A DNA stretch of 64,000 nt from Octopus vulgaris (Eukaryota), in assembly GCA_951406725.2 (NCBI GenBank), contig OX597816.1, positions 158,038,001 to 158,102,000 of the forward strand, written 5' to 3'. Positions 38,690 through 51,270 of this stretch are shown one piece after another (the first letter of the stretch is position 1; every line of letters begins with the position of its first letter). The notes under the pieces are model-generated. The model was given only the letters and a program-made list of their open reading frames with translations, was not told where the DNA came from and ran no database searches. Position numbers and translations under genes: made by a program.

Positions 38690-39097
38690 ATGAAGTGAGT
38701 TCATGGCTCGAAGGACAACCTGCTGTGCTAACCTTGGATCGTAGAGTGACCCGTTGTGCTTGAGGAGACCTATTGAGTCAAGTACGTCAACACCAACATC
38801 AAAAAATCAAATGGAAATTGTAGTTATGATACCTGTGCCGGTGGCACGTAAAAAGCACTAACTGATTGTGGCCATTTGCCAGCCTCCTCTGGCTCTTGTG
38901 CCAGTGGCATGTAAAAAGCACCCACTACACTCACGAAGTGGTTGGCATTAAGAAGGGTATCCAGCCATAGAAACACTGCCAGATCAGACTGGAGCCTGGT
39001 GCAGCCTCCTGGCTTCCCAGACCCCGGTCGAACCGTCCAACCCATGCTAGCATGGAAAACAGACGTTAAATGATGATGATGAGGAGGAGGATGATGA
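38690..39097 (+). mobile_element. RTE-LINE 3' end (family C)
   Basis: gtgcttgaggagacc ORF tail, then 3'UTR core, then (GAT/GAG)n tail. Confidence 0.8.
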
Positions 39098-39187
39098 TAG
39101 GGAGAATTCCCAAAAAAAACAAAAGACGAAGACAGGTGGTGTAGAAAACAAACAGATGTATTAGTATAACGCTCGGGAATTGAAAAA

Positions 39188-39225
39188 GTCTTAACGTTTC
39201 GAGCCTACGCTCTTCCACAGAAAGG
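39188..39225 (-). ncRNA. degenerate minimal hammerhead-like motif (Penelope-type)
   Basis: Minus strand reads CTTT-CTGTGGA-A-GAG cgtagg CTC-GAAAC-GTT-AAG. The core deviates from CUGANGA and stem I is weak. Confidence 0.35.
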
Positions 39226-39546
39226 AACACAGAAAGAAACAAGGAGAGAAAAAAATGTGTGTAGTGGCTACCAATCTATCATGGCGAATATATATATAGT
39301 AAAATAAGGATTGAGATCAAATCGAGTACTTGAAAGACATGCACCAAGTAGGGCTGGATAAACATGTGGTTCAGCCATGACAAAATTCAGCCACATTCCT
39401 GTCGTATTCTTGGGATATGCTTTTAATTGTAAAATTAGGTTTCATCTGATGATTTTGTAATGAAATGATGTTCACATTCTTCTATTAAAAAATGCATAAG
39501 AAACAGCTACAATAAGCTCACAACTAACCATCGTCTATCATTATTC

Positions 39547-39600
<54 letters not shown>

Positions 39601-39959
39601 CACTCTTAACCTGCTGTAGTTTTGAAAGACTTTTATTCATCTTGTCCACTTTTACAGCTATTTTATATCAAGGCAAATTGTAGATGCTTATTCGAACATC
39701 TTTTTTCAACATGTAAGGAAGTAGTTTTCTATCTTCCTCTTTTTCTTTATATATATATATATATCCGTTACTTAGCAGTTCAGCAAAAGAGACTGATAGA
39801 ATAAGTACTGGGCTTACAAAAGAATAAGTCCCGGGGGTTGAGTTGCTCGACTAAAGGCGGTGCTCCAGCATGGCCGCAGTCAAATGACTGAAACAAGTAA
39901 AAGAGTAAAAGAGTAATATATATTACACACACACATACATACATACATACACACACACA

Positions 39960-39995
<36 letters not shown>

Positions 39996-40067
39996 ATTTG
40001 TTGCCTTGGCAAGAAGCATGTTGAATCTTTTGGAAAGTACATTTATACTTTCTTATCCTCTAACTTT

Positions 40068-40110
<43 letters not shown>

Positions 40111-40420
40111 ATGAGTGTGTGTCTTTGTGTCAGTATTTGCCCCCAATATTGCTTGATAACCAGTGTTAGTGTTTACATCCCTGTAACTTAGTGGTTCAAC
40201 AAAAGAAACCAATAGAATAAGTATCAGGCTTTAAAAACAAATAAGCACAAGGGGTGGATTCATTTAACTAAAAATTCTTTGAGGTGATGCCCCAGCATGG
40301 CCATGTCTAATGACTAAAACAAGATATATATAATAAGATATATATAATACATTGAAAGTGAGCTTGAAGCTTGCTTGCTTGCTTACAATGTTACCCAGTC
40401 AGACTGGCACATATTGGGAA

Positions 40421-40822
40421 CACGTTCTTGTTAGATTTACAGTATACAACCATTCTATCGCCCCACAACCGTACATGTCTCTACGAGAGATTTAGAAATT
40501 CAATATTTCTTATTTTGATAATCAGTGAATAGACTTCACTGAGTTATAGATATATACAATTACGAAGTCGAGACAAATATCACCAGCTGACCGGTGTCTG
40601 CTACTCTAGGCCGATGAAGGACAACGATCCTGAAACACGTGTCCCTAGATGCAGCTTCGGCAGCCGGGGGTGTTTGTCTCCCCTTCGTATATGTATATAA
40701 GGACACAGGGAAAAATGTGTCAAAGCCATCAGGAGGCGTTCGATGCTTCCTAGGGCTATACAGCGGTGGTGTACCCCCTACTGTCACGTTCTTGTTAGAT
40801 TGACAGTATACAACCATACTAT
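40421..40822 (+). mobile_element. retrozyme/Penelope-like unit with terminal direct repeats
   Basis: 38-bp direct repeat cacgttcttgttagatt[t/g]acagtatacaaccat[t/a]ctat at 40421-40458 and 40785-40822 (period 364). Internal hammerhead fold and several hairpins. Confidence 0.7.
40605..40649 (+). ncRNA. type I hammerhead ribozyme fold (core variant CCGAUGA)
   Basis: Stem I TCTAGG(40605-10)/CCTAGA(40644-49). Core CCGATGA. Stem II AGGA-caacga-TCCT. GAAA. Stem III C-acgt-G. GUC triplet with predicted cleavage after 40643. Confidence 0.78.
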
Positions 40823-42090
40823 GAATTAAGTTTCCTCGGAAATGTGAATATGAATGGAATGAAACAAGTTTGGTGTAGATCATACAACTGGTTATTGAGA
40901 TATTAGGGGTTTTCAGGATGTAACTACCCAAAAATGGTGCATAATGGGAAAATTCTCTGATAATAAGTTAACACTGAAAGGGAAGAAACTCTTACCTTTC
41001 GATTAGACACAGTGACTTGACAAAGAAAAAATACAATTTGTTTTTTATAGTAAATGTTTCTATTTTCGTTTTTGTTAAGCACAGTATTTTAATCATATAG
41101 AATATTTTTAAGTGAATGTGATTTCAAAAATCTAAGTTGTTTGTATAGTAAGTATATATATTTTAGCTTTCTTTAAACAGATAATATTTTAATATCTTTT
41201 AAAATAATTTTCAAGTGAATACCATTATAAAAATTTTTTTGGGCATATTCAAAAAATATTTTAAAGTGAAAATGACTTTCAAAATATAGTAAATATTTTG
41301 TAAAAGACTCATTTGTAACCTCAGAGTGAAATAATTGTTTTCCATAATTTTTTTCAAGTGCATTCAATGTATCTCACCTCCAAAGATTTGACTGCTATTT
41401 CTAACATACCCTACTACCACGTAACAGCCATTTGAAATAAAGGACCCGAAATACCTGTTACACGGTAGCAGGGTGTGCAAGAAATAGCAGCCAAATTTTT
41501 CCTTTTCTGGAGAAAGGAGACGTTTACATGTGATTTCGATGTCACATTCAAAAGCATGGGAAATAAACTGTAAAGGGTATTAAAAAAAAGAACTCCGCTG
41601 CTGGAAAACTCAGACTCTCCCAGTGACCCAAATGTGTTTGTGTGTATATACATACATACTCACACAGAACAAGAAACCTGTTCTGCTCCAGCTCTTTTCT
41701 TTCATACTTTACCTCTCCCTGCTCCTCATTCTCTCAGCTTAAAACTGCTTCACCCTCCACCTCAGGGTTTATAATCTTGCAAGTTGCATGACAACCTCAG
41801 CAGTACTGGTGACACAAAAAAGAAGTACCCAGTGAACATTGTAAAGTGGTTGGTTTTAGAAACGCCATCCAGCTATACAAATCATGCTGAGGCTGACAGT
41901 GAAGCATGATGCTCGTCAAACTGTCCAGCCCATGCCAGCATGGAACATGGACATTAAATGATTACAATGATGATATAATTAGCCCATGTATTTGTATTTG
42001 TGCTGGCCAATGCTTGATCAGTTGCTGAATGTGAAGTTACACATACATCAATACATATCTTTATAAATAATTATATTATATATATATATA

Positions 42091-42307
42091 CAGTTATCCC
42101 TTGTCTATCACGGATGTTACATTCCACCCCAACAATAGGTAAAAATCCACAAAGTAGAAACAGTACTGTATATTTTTTTTTTAAATTATTTTTATAATTT
42201 GTATATATTTATTTTATTATAAATGCAAAGCAACATCACAGGGGAATCAAAGTAAGCTTAAATAATGAACCACGATAGGTGAACCACAATATGGCAAGGG
42301 ATTACCG
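42091..42307. mobile_element. pogo/Tigger-like MITE
   Basis: TA|CAGTTATCCCTTGTCTATCACGG ... CCACAATATGGCAAGGGATTACCG|TA. Confidence 0.7.
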
Positions 42308-42350
42308 TATGTATGTATATGTGTGTGTATATATATGTATATATATATAT

Positions 42351-42725
42351 ATCATCATCATCATCATCGTTTAACGTCCGTTTTCTGTGCTAGCACGGGT
42401 TGGACGGTTCGACCGGAGTCTGGGAAGCCAGGGGCTGCACCAGGCTCCAGTCTGATCTGGCAGAGTTTCTACAGCTGGATGCCCTTCCTAACGCCAACCA
42501 CTCCGCGAGTGTAGTGGGTGCTTTTTATGTGCCACCTGCACAGATGCCAGGGGGGTCCAGCATCGTCCAGGGGGGGGGGGGGTCCGGCATCGTCTAGGCT
42601 GGTCCGCATCATCATTTAACATTTGTTGTCCGTGCTAGCATGGGTTGGACGGTTTGACTGGGCTGGCATGCTGGAAGGCTGTATCAGGCTCCAGTCTGAT
42701 TTGGTATGGTTTTCTATGGCAGGAT
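42351..42725 (-). mobile_element. two tandem RTE 3'UTR fragments (family C)
   Basis: (CAT)n-gtttaacgtccg...ggatgcccttcctaacgccaacc, then a second start at about 42608. Confidence 0.8.
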
Positions 42726-45700
42726 ACACACACACATACACACAGACCCTAATCTAGAAATCCTCTTCCGATATGTTATTTAATGTATACAGTATAGCTA
42801 CAAGCTATTAATAGTTTCATGCATCAGAGGTGTAGTCTAGGCAAGTTTTTAATATCATCCCTTGTGCCAACAAGCAATTTCAGGTTTTGAGCATACGACT
42901 GATACAATTTACAAATCAGGATGCTAAAACAAGAGAAATCACGACAAAACACAAAACAAACACACACACACACACACACACACAGAGAGAAGATATGATA
43001 GTTTCAAGGAACAAAATCCAACAAAATGTACCACTTTATCTGTTTTAACAGAGTGCCTAGTTCAGAGCATTGTCTATTTGAATCACCACAAGATTGTATT
43101 TCACCTTTGCTCATGTGTGTTTCTTTGTGTGAAGAGAAAGCTTGAATGAAAAAAAAATGGAAAGATAAAAACAAAGATACAGATAGAAATATTGAAATTC
43201 TTATTATTTTGTGATGAAATTGTAGTTTTTATCATTTATGTTTATTTACAAAAATTTTGAAGAGACCACTTTATGTATTACTGTGTTAATAGAGATTTAA
43301 GAGATATATATACATATATATATATAGATATTATATCCCATTAATTTTACACCAAATCAGCCACAAATACTAAGAAAAAGAGTATTAGTAATATTCACAG
43401 GAGGAATTTTGAAGTTTGGTTTTATTCCTTTGATCACTATTGAGAAAATATTTGTGTTTGTTATGTGAAAAGACATTTAGAAATAATGCAGTGATGCTTT
43501 TGAAGATGAAAGGCCGGAATGAAAGGATGCATTTAAATAAGGAAAACAAAAGTCTTTGGTTCTTTTTAGACATCAAAAAGAAAAAAGGTTAAGACAAAGT
43601 TCAATCTTAACATCGTTCTCATTTCTCTAGTTACCATCTTGTACTGATACCAAAGTGAAGGTCTTTTACAATGTAATCTGTAACCCTTTTGTCACCATAT
43701 TTCTGTTGAATACATTGTCATTGATTGAATTAATTTTGGAAAGTAAGAGAGTTCATTACAACAATTTTGTTGTTGTTAAGATGGTATTTGAAACATAAAT
43801 GAACATGAAATTTTGATCACTTTAGAGTTGGAAGTTTGAATCAGAACCAGGAGCGGTCCCAGTTGGGTTAATGTCAGATGGTTTGATATTGGAAAAGAAA
43901 GAATGAGAGAGGGAGAGAGAAACAGAAAGGGAAAAAGAAAGAATGAGAGAGAGGAAGGAAGTCTGTCATGCCTTTGACAAGATCAAATGTCTTCGTTTCT
44001 ATGCCAGTTACTTTACAGAGTGTGTGTAGTGTATTTTATTATTGCACCAGCACTAGAGAGGTTACCTTGCTCTCTGCAAGGCTAAAGTATTTTTTCTATT
44101 CAAGTTTTTCAAGGCAAACAATAAAGTCAGTGAACAGAAGAGAAAGTATGAATAGTGTGATTGAAGAAATAGAGTGATCATGTAAAAGCACCTCTTACAC
44201 TCTCGGAGTGGTTGGCATTAGGAAGGACATCCAGCTGTAGAAAACCATGCCAAATTAGACTGGATCCTGGTGCAGCCTTCCAATATACCAGCCCATGCCA
44301 GCATGGATAACAGACATATGATGATAATGATGAAATGAAAGGAAGGAGTAAGGGAGAAGATGGTGATAGCAATATTTTGGTTAACATGGAAACCAAACAG
44401 AAAAATAATATAAGAAGCATGATGGGATAGAAATAAAGATGGGTGATGATTAAAGAAAAAGTGTGAAAATGGTTGGTAGAGATGTTCTATGGTAGGTTAA
44501 AGTACTAGATGCCAATGACAAGTTATATGGGGTAAAGAGAATGATGACAAGCAGTAGTGATCTGTGATGTTGGTGGGATTGGATACAAGCTGACCAGATA
44601 TCATCCTTCATTATACAGGTGATATGGTACAGTGAAAAGGAGAGTGAAAGAGTAATGAAGAGGATAGTAAATGTAAACTAAATTGGAATAAAACAGGTGA
44701 ATTACCCTATGTAGGTATAAGTCTCAACCTCTATCACTGCCACTACCATCAGTTTAAAGATAATTTTACTATGCTTGTATTAATGAGCAGGGTATTATAT
44801 GCATGTTTATAAACAATAGATATCAGAACTGGTATAGCAGTGTTCTGAATTCAAATCCTGCTCAAGTTAACTTCAACCAATTTTGGGAGGAGAAAACGAG
44901 AAATACTGGATTGATACAATCAATTAAACCTCTTGAAAGTGATGTCCTAGCATGGTCAGAATCCAATGATTGAAATCATTAAAAGTGGGCATACATATCA
45001 TTAGTGCTAAAGACGGACAGTAGTGTGTGTGTGAGAGAGAGAGAGAGACGAAGACAGAAATAGACAGACAGACAGAGAGCAAAAAGTGACTGCTTTGAGA
45101 ACTTTATCAAGGATAAGAAAAAGTATTTACATTTTTATCAATATATGCTACCGGTTTCAATTGCTTTAAAAGACAATTTAGTCATGCTAAAAAATGAAGA
45201 GTAAAAAATATATTGAAATAAATTAATTAAAAACATGTGAACTTCCAGAACTAACATCATGAAAGGTTAATTTAATTTGATTTATATCATTTTATTTTTC
45301 CTTTTATTTCAGCTTGACTGAATCATCTTTTAAAGTGACTGAAACTGGAAATATATTTTGATAACAATGTAAATATTTTCTTTACTTTTATCCATGATAA
45401 AGTTTTCAAATTATTTTCTTTTTGTTTTAAATATAAATTTACCCTCATGCAACTTCTTTTTCGATATATAATAATACATATATTGCATATTTGTATATAC
45501 ATCTATGTAACATTGGTAATTTAATGGCAAGAATCTAAGAAAGAAAATTTATACTTCATCCTGTGTGATGCATTAGTCTAGTCTACAAAATATGAAGTTT
45601 CTGTATGCTGTCTGGAGGCTAATGCCATTACATTATAAAACAATAAACAAATATCAAATAGATTTGATTATCTGATAAGATCAATTCTTATTGGTAATCT

Positions 45701-47295
45701 AATAATGTTCTTTAAATGCTCCAATTTTGAATCAATTTTATTCTCTTTAAAGCCTATTGTAAGTAAATCTCATACAAAAGTGAATTAGACGCCAAAATTC
45801 AATCAAATTGCTTTGAAGCCAGTCAATAATGCATAATATCATTTTCATGTTTTTGCTAACGTAAAGCTAACATCAAATTTTTCTTAAAATACAAAGTTAA
45901 TTTGAATCTTCACTTTTAATATCTTTTTACAGCATAACCAGAACAAGAGCAATGTCCATGGACTTTAAGACACATGAAGGGGGAAAGAGAAAAATCAACA
46001 TGGGTTTAGCAGATATGCTTAGTGTTAATTTCAGAGACCCTTTCCAAATATATTTAACAACACCATCAAGAAAATACTACAACTTCCTTAAATGTACAAA
46101 AACCAATGATACTTTAGGACAATCCAACACCTGATTCACTTACTATATAGACTTAACCCTTTTGATACTAACCCATCTGAAACTGCCCCTGGTTATATGA
46201 TACAAAGTTGTTGTTTAAAGGGATGTAAATTAAAATCTTTCATTAAAATGTTAACTTGCATTCTAAACACCAGGTTAATGAAGAGAACTATTTTACTAAA
46301 TTCTTCAGTATTTTTACAATTAACTGAAATAAAGGAAGCCTATTTCAATAGAAATATAGCAACAAAAGTATTAAAAGCATGCTATGACTCACAATACTGA
46401 TTTAACACATTGTGTCCTGACTCACAACACAAAAGTAAAACCAGTCATGAAGTCGCTATATTAGCATTTCTCAAATAGTTCACTGCAATGCTCTTGCAAG
46501 AAGTATTTAGGTGGGCCACAGATTTTAAAAATGTAATTTAAGACTTTAAAAAATTCACACTAAAGCTTGAGTATCTTGAAAAACACAGTCATAATTTTAT
46601 CAAACACATATGATTAATAAAACTAAGTGAGCAATTGTATTTTCTGTATATTTTTGTAAGTTTGTAACTTTAAACTTTACTTGTGAAGTGTTCAAGTAAT
46701 CTTATATTTGCTCTCTAGTGAGTCAGAAAGACAAAGAAATTGAGAACCACTACTCTACATAGTGGTTATTTAGAAACAGGTGGAAGTTTGGTAATAGGAA
46801 GGGCAACTGGCCTTAAAAAAACCCTGCCTTAATAAATTCTATTTGACCCATGCAAAGATGGAAAAGTGAACATTGAATGATGATCACACTCACACAAACA
46901 CATATAAATATACATACTTACAAAAGCGTGTATAGATATACATACATACAAGAGTATGTACAGTTTCTATCTACAGAATTCTATAAAATATTGCTTAACC
47001 TAGGACTGTGATAGAAGACCCCTGACCAAAGTCCCATGCAGTGGGACCAAACCAAGAAACCCAAGGTGTGGTGAAAAACTTCTTAACCATACTAACCACA
47101 CAGCTATACTAGTTCCAGATTTTTTTGCTCTAGACTTTTACAATGTTGTTATTTTAAGCAGAGTCTCTTGCTAACACTAATTGACTCATTAAGACATCAT
47201 TGTTCTTGTGTTTTCTTTACAATCACTGACTACTTACAAGCGAAATTTGATACAGTGTAACAGACCACCAAGCTATTCTTATTTTTCAATCATTT

Positions 47296-47590
47296 TCATG
47301 TGCCATACCTACAAGTGGCAATGATCAAGGATCTCCACCAAATCTTATCCCACACACATCATCATTATTCAAGTCCAAATCCACTCTTCATGCTGGCATG
47401 GGTTTGGTAGACACAACTTTGGACGTTATTGGGCTAACCTTTCTAAAGCCAACTGGTAAGACCATAAAGTACTCTCTCTCTCTCTCTGCTTCTTTACTGT
47501 TTCCCACTTGTCACCAAGTGCTCAAGGCTTCTGCTTTGTGGGCCAATGAACTTAGCCTGTTGTCTCTATGTTGTTAAGAAGCTTCCAGGT
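47296..47590 (-). pseudogene. old RTE LINE C-terminal remnant
   Basis: RQQAKFIG..SLEHLVTSGK.*RSRERE..LYGLTSWL ... WRSLIIATCRYGT* resembles BovB/RTE C-termini. Confidence 0.6.
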
Positions 47591-47964
47591 GATCCTTGCT
47601 TACAAAGGACTTTGATGTTTGTTATTTCATTTGCACAGGGAAGACTAAAAGGAGTCACAGGTACTACTCTTCTTGACTATTCTAAACGATATTTTAATGG
47701 TGGAACAAAAACAGTAGTAGTAATGAAATCAATAATCAGAAATGTTACACTGGTGGAATCTGAACATTGCATCTTTTAGTCATTAATTCATCACCTTAAC
47801 CACTCAGCTAACTTTAAAACATATCTTAGCATGGTCAAAGGTGGAAGAAGTTTGCTCCACAATTATGAGATTTCAGGCTCGGTCCTACTGTGTGGCATCT
47901 TGGGCTACACAGTAGGATCAGGCTGTAGCGAAAGACACTTCTACCGTAAACCATCATAATCTGG

Positions 47965-48335
47965 TCAAGCTTGCTCGGACATTTTTAACTTGCACATGCC
48001 ATCCATCTCATTCCCACATTAGTTGAGGGAGGTCTTCGGGGAGGCATCCAGTTTCTCTAATGAGTTGTTCTACATAATTACGTTCACATGACTTGCTCAA
48101 GTATGGCTATGCTTTGGTATCCATGACAGTAAGTCACTTGTCAGCTCTTGCTTAGCTCACCAACAATGTCCTGCACAAGAACCTTTCCCTTATAATGGTA
48201 GAAAGAGATAGATCTCTTTACAGCTGTTTCTTGGTGGGGTGACTTCTCCAAGATATGTTTTAAGACTACTGTCAACATTTGGGTGCAAGTTCCATCTAGC
48301 ATGGATTCCAATTTTTGGTAAGTGTCCATAGCCCA
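47965..48335 (-). pseudogene. old RTE-like LINE C-terminal remnant (third lineage)
   Basis: KLESMLDGTCTQMLTVVL, ISWRSHPTKKQL and DLPQLMWE.DGW..QVKNVRAS occur across frameshifts. Confidence 0.65.
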
Positions 48336-48963
48336 AAGATAAGATAAAAGTTGGCTTAAGCTGACCCAAGTGTTGTTGGTGAAATTGGGCAGATGGAAAT
48401 TTTGTAGAAGCTTGTCAAATGGATTTCTCTCCTATCTATTAAAGGAGGCACAGACACTTTCATACACTCATATACAATAAGAACTTCTGTCTACCAAATT
48501 CAATCACAAGACTTTGGACTGTACCTGTAACTTAAAAAGTCATCTTGTTACACTCGGTCACACACATTCCTCCTGAGAATTACATTAGGAGTACACAAGT
48601 CAGTACTATTTTTAGCCCACTTACACACTAACTCAATGAGCAGGTGGTTCACTTGGTCAAACAACTGACAACTCATTCTCAAAACTTAAAAGAAAAACAA
48701 CTAAACTAAATTATGATGAACTAATTAGGTCAGCTATTTTTTTTTTAATTATTTATTATTTTATTTTTATCTGTACAAAATGTTATTCTATCTAAAGCAA
48801 GCTTGGCTTTGATATATACCATTCCTGACTTTTACAGGAAGTAACATAAGCCAGTTTTAAATGTTTGAAGTTCATGCTTTGAAAGCCAAATGCCAGGACA
48901 GAAAAGGGTGACTAATTTTCAGAAAAACCAGTCAAATTGCTTTTACATGCACACACATACACA

Positions 48964-48996
<33 letters not shown>

Positions 48997-49339
48997 ACTC
49001 TCTCACACACACACTCTCTCTCACACACACACACTCTCACTCTCTCTCTCTCTCTCACACACACTCTCTCTCTCTCCCTCTCACACACACACACACACAC
49101 ATAAAATTTAAATCAATGTACTTAACCAAGTAATTTTTTTCTTCCTTTTCAGGTTGATCCAGTTATTTCATATAATTTGACCTTGAATGTTTTGGTTTTA
49201 ACCACATTAAAAAGAGAACAAAATAAGCTAAATTTGTTGGGTTTTTTTTTTTCCTTTTCATCCTAAGGGATTAAGAGCAAACAATATTCCAACAAATTTC
49301 TTCATTACTATTCTTTAGTTAGAGGAAAGTAAATAACAG

Positions 49340-49690
49340 AGGTGCAAACACGGCTTCTCAACCACAAGGTTCTGGGTTCATTCCTACTGCATGGCACCTT
49401 GGACAAGGGTCTTCTACTACAACCTCAGTTTGAACAAAGCCTTGTGAGTGGATTAGGTGGAGAGAAACTGAAAGAAGCTTGTTGTGTGTGTGTCCCCATT
49501 GCCATTTGACAACCATTGTCAGTATGTTTACGTCCCTGTAATTTAGCAGTTCAGCAAAAGAGACAGAATAGGTACAAGGCTTTAAAACAAAAGAAATAAT
49601 ACTAGAGTCAATTCATTCAACTACAAATTCTTCAAGGTGGTCCCCTAGCATAACCACAGTCAAATGGCTGAAACAAGTATATAAAAGAAA
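49340..49690 (+). mobile_element. SINE family A copy
   Basis: Collinear with 31488-31880. Confidence 0.75.
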
Positions 49691-50049
49691 ACATGGTTAA
49701 CATTGCAACAATTAATGGCAAACAAGCCTAGCAGTGTTTAGTTGCATCAACTTGTTAGCAGTTCAAATTCTGCCAGAATCAATTTTACTATTTATCTTTC
49801 AATGGAACGGACATTGATAAAATAAATATAATTTTTTTAAAAATGCTAAATATTAGACTTATTAAGTTGACTATACACATTCTGCCAAATTTTCTGGTCC
49901 TTGCATCAATATAAAAAGTATTTTTTACTAATAGTAAGCATCATTGCACAAATGGTAAAATTTCTTTATGTTGTCTGCAAGCTGGTATTATGCCACAACC
50001 ACCGATGATTCTCTCTAGAAAACAATGAACATCTCATTTCACCTCTTTG

Positions 50050-50482
50050 TATTATCATCTTTAACGTCCATGTTCCATGCTGGCATGGGTTGGATGATTT
50101 GACAGAAAACTGTTAAGCTGGGGAGCTGCACCAAGTTCCAATCTGATTTGGCATGATTTCTACAGTTGGATGCCCTTCCTAATGCCAACCACTACAAGGG
50201 TGTAGTGGGTGCTTTTTATATGCCACTGGCACAGGTGCCAGTTACCTAACACCAGCATCAATCAAAACTACAATCTCATTTGGCTTGACAGGTTTTCTCA
50301 AGCAGAGTATATCACCAAAGGTCTCGATCACTTGTCACTGCCTCCACGAGGCCCAACATTTGAAGGGTCCTTTTTATGTGCCATCCAGCATAGGTGCCAG
50401 TTACATGACATTGGCATCAGTCGTGACTACAATTTCACTTGGTTTGACGGGTCTTCTCAAGCACAGCATATCGCTCAAGGTT
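50050..50482 (-). mobile_element. RTE 3' end with internal duplication
   Basis: Family C core, then the segment ttttatgtgcca..gcacaggtgccagttac..cacttggtttgac.ggtcttctcaagca occurs twice (about 50210-50330 and 50370-50482). Confidence 0.7.
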
Positions 50483-51059
50483 CAATGCCTTATAAAATTT
50501 GTTCTAATAATTGGTGCTATAGGTTCAAATCCAGTTGAGGCCAACTTTACTTTTCATACTTTTGGGGTAGATAAAAAAGTACCGATCCAAGGCAATAGAT
50601 TGGCAACACTGCAAGACATTGGCGAACAATTTAGTCCTCAGACCCATCAGATCTTGTCAAACCATCCAACCCATGCTAGCTGATGATGATGATGTAAGAA
50701 CATCAGATTAGATGCCTGTCATCTTGGGTATCTTTAGCAGAGGCCACTATGTTGCAGGCATTGGGTCAGGTGTCCAATTTGAAGGTACGTTCTTCCTTGC
50801 TCCCCACAAGTCCTGGATCATGGGCACTAGCTTATTTCCCAACTAAAAAGAAGAAAAAAAAAACTTGCAAGTTTGTGATTGTTAAATCATGATTCAAGCA
50901 CTTCACACTGGATGTGAAAAAGAATAGTCTGGCATCCTATTTTGAGGAATAATGATACTCTATCAGCCAAACGGTAGTTAAGACAAGGACTTCGTTAAAT
51001 TTTATTTTAAGAGAACAATTAAAAGTAAAATACTTAGATTTAATGAACAGTATGATATT

Positions 51060-51270
51060 CTTTTCTACTCTAGATTCAAGGCCCAAAATTTTGAGGGAGG
51101 GGGCCAGTTGATTAGATCGACCCCAGTACGCAACTGGCACTTAATTTACCAACTCCGAAAGGATGAAAGGCAAAGTTGACCTTGGTGGAATTTGAACTCA
51201 GAATGTAAAGACAGATGAAATGCCGCTAAGCATTTTGCCCGGCGTGCTAACATATCTGCCAGCTCACCAC
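51060..51270 (-). mobile_element. SINE family B copy
   Basis: Full core and head (ctgccagctcacc). Confidence 0.8.

Noticed and set aside
40560-40931. 123-aa ORF antisense to the hammerhead element
   Set aside because: No recognisable motif, it crosses the element boundary, and it has a non-ATG start. Probably incidental.
45933-46134. Plus-strand exon with ATG (MSMDFKTHEGGKRK)
   Set aside because: The acceptor is plausible, but there is no strong donor, no recognisable protein and no supporting downstream coding exons.
47883-47917. 14-bp hairpin as an ncRNA
   Set aside because: It is a fold-back of a truncated SINE-A head, best explained as an insertion artefact.
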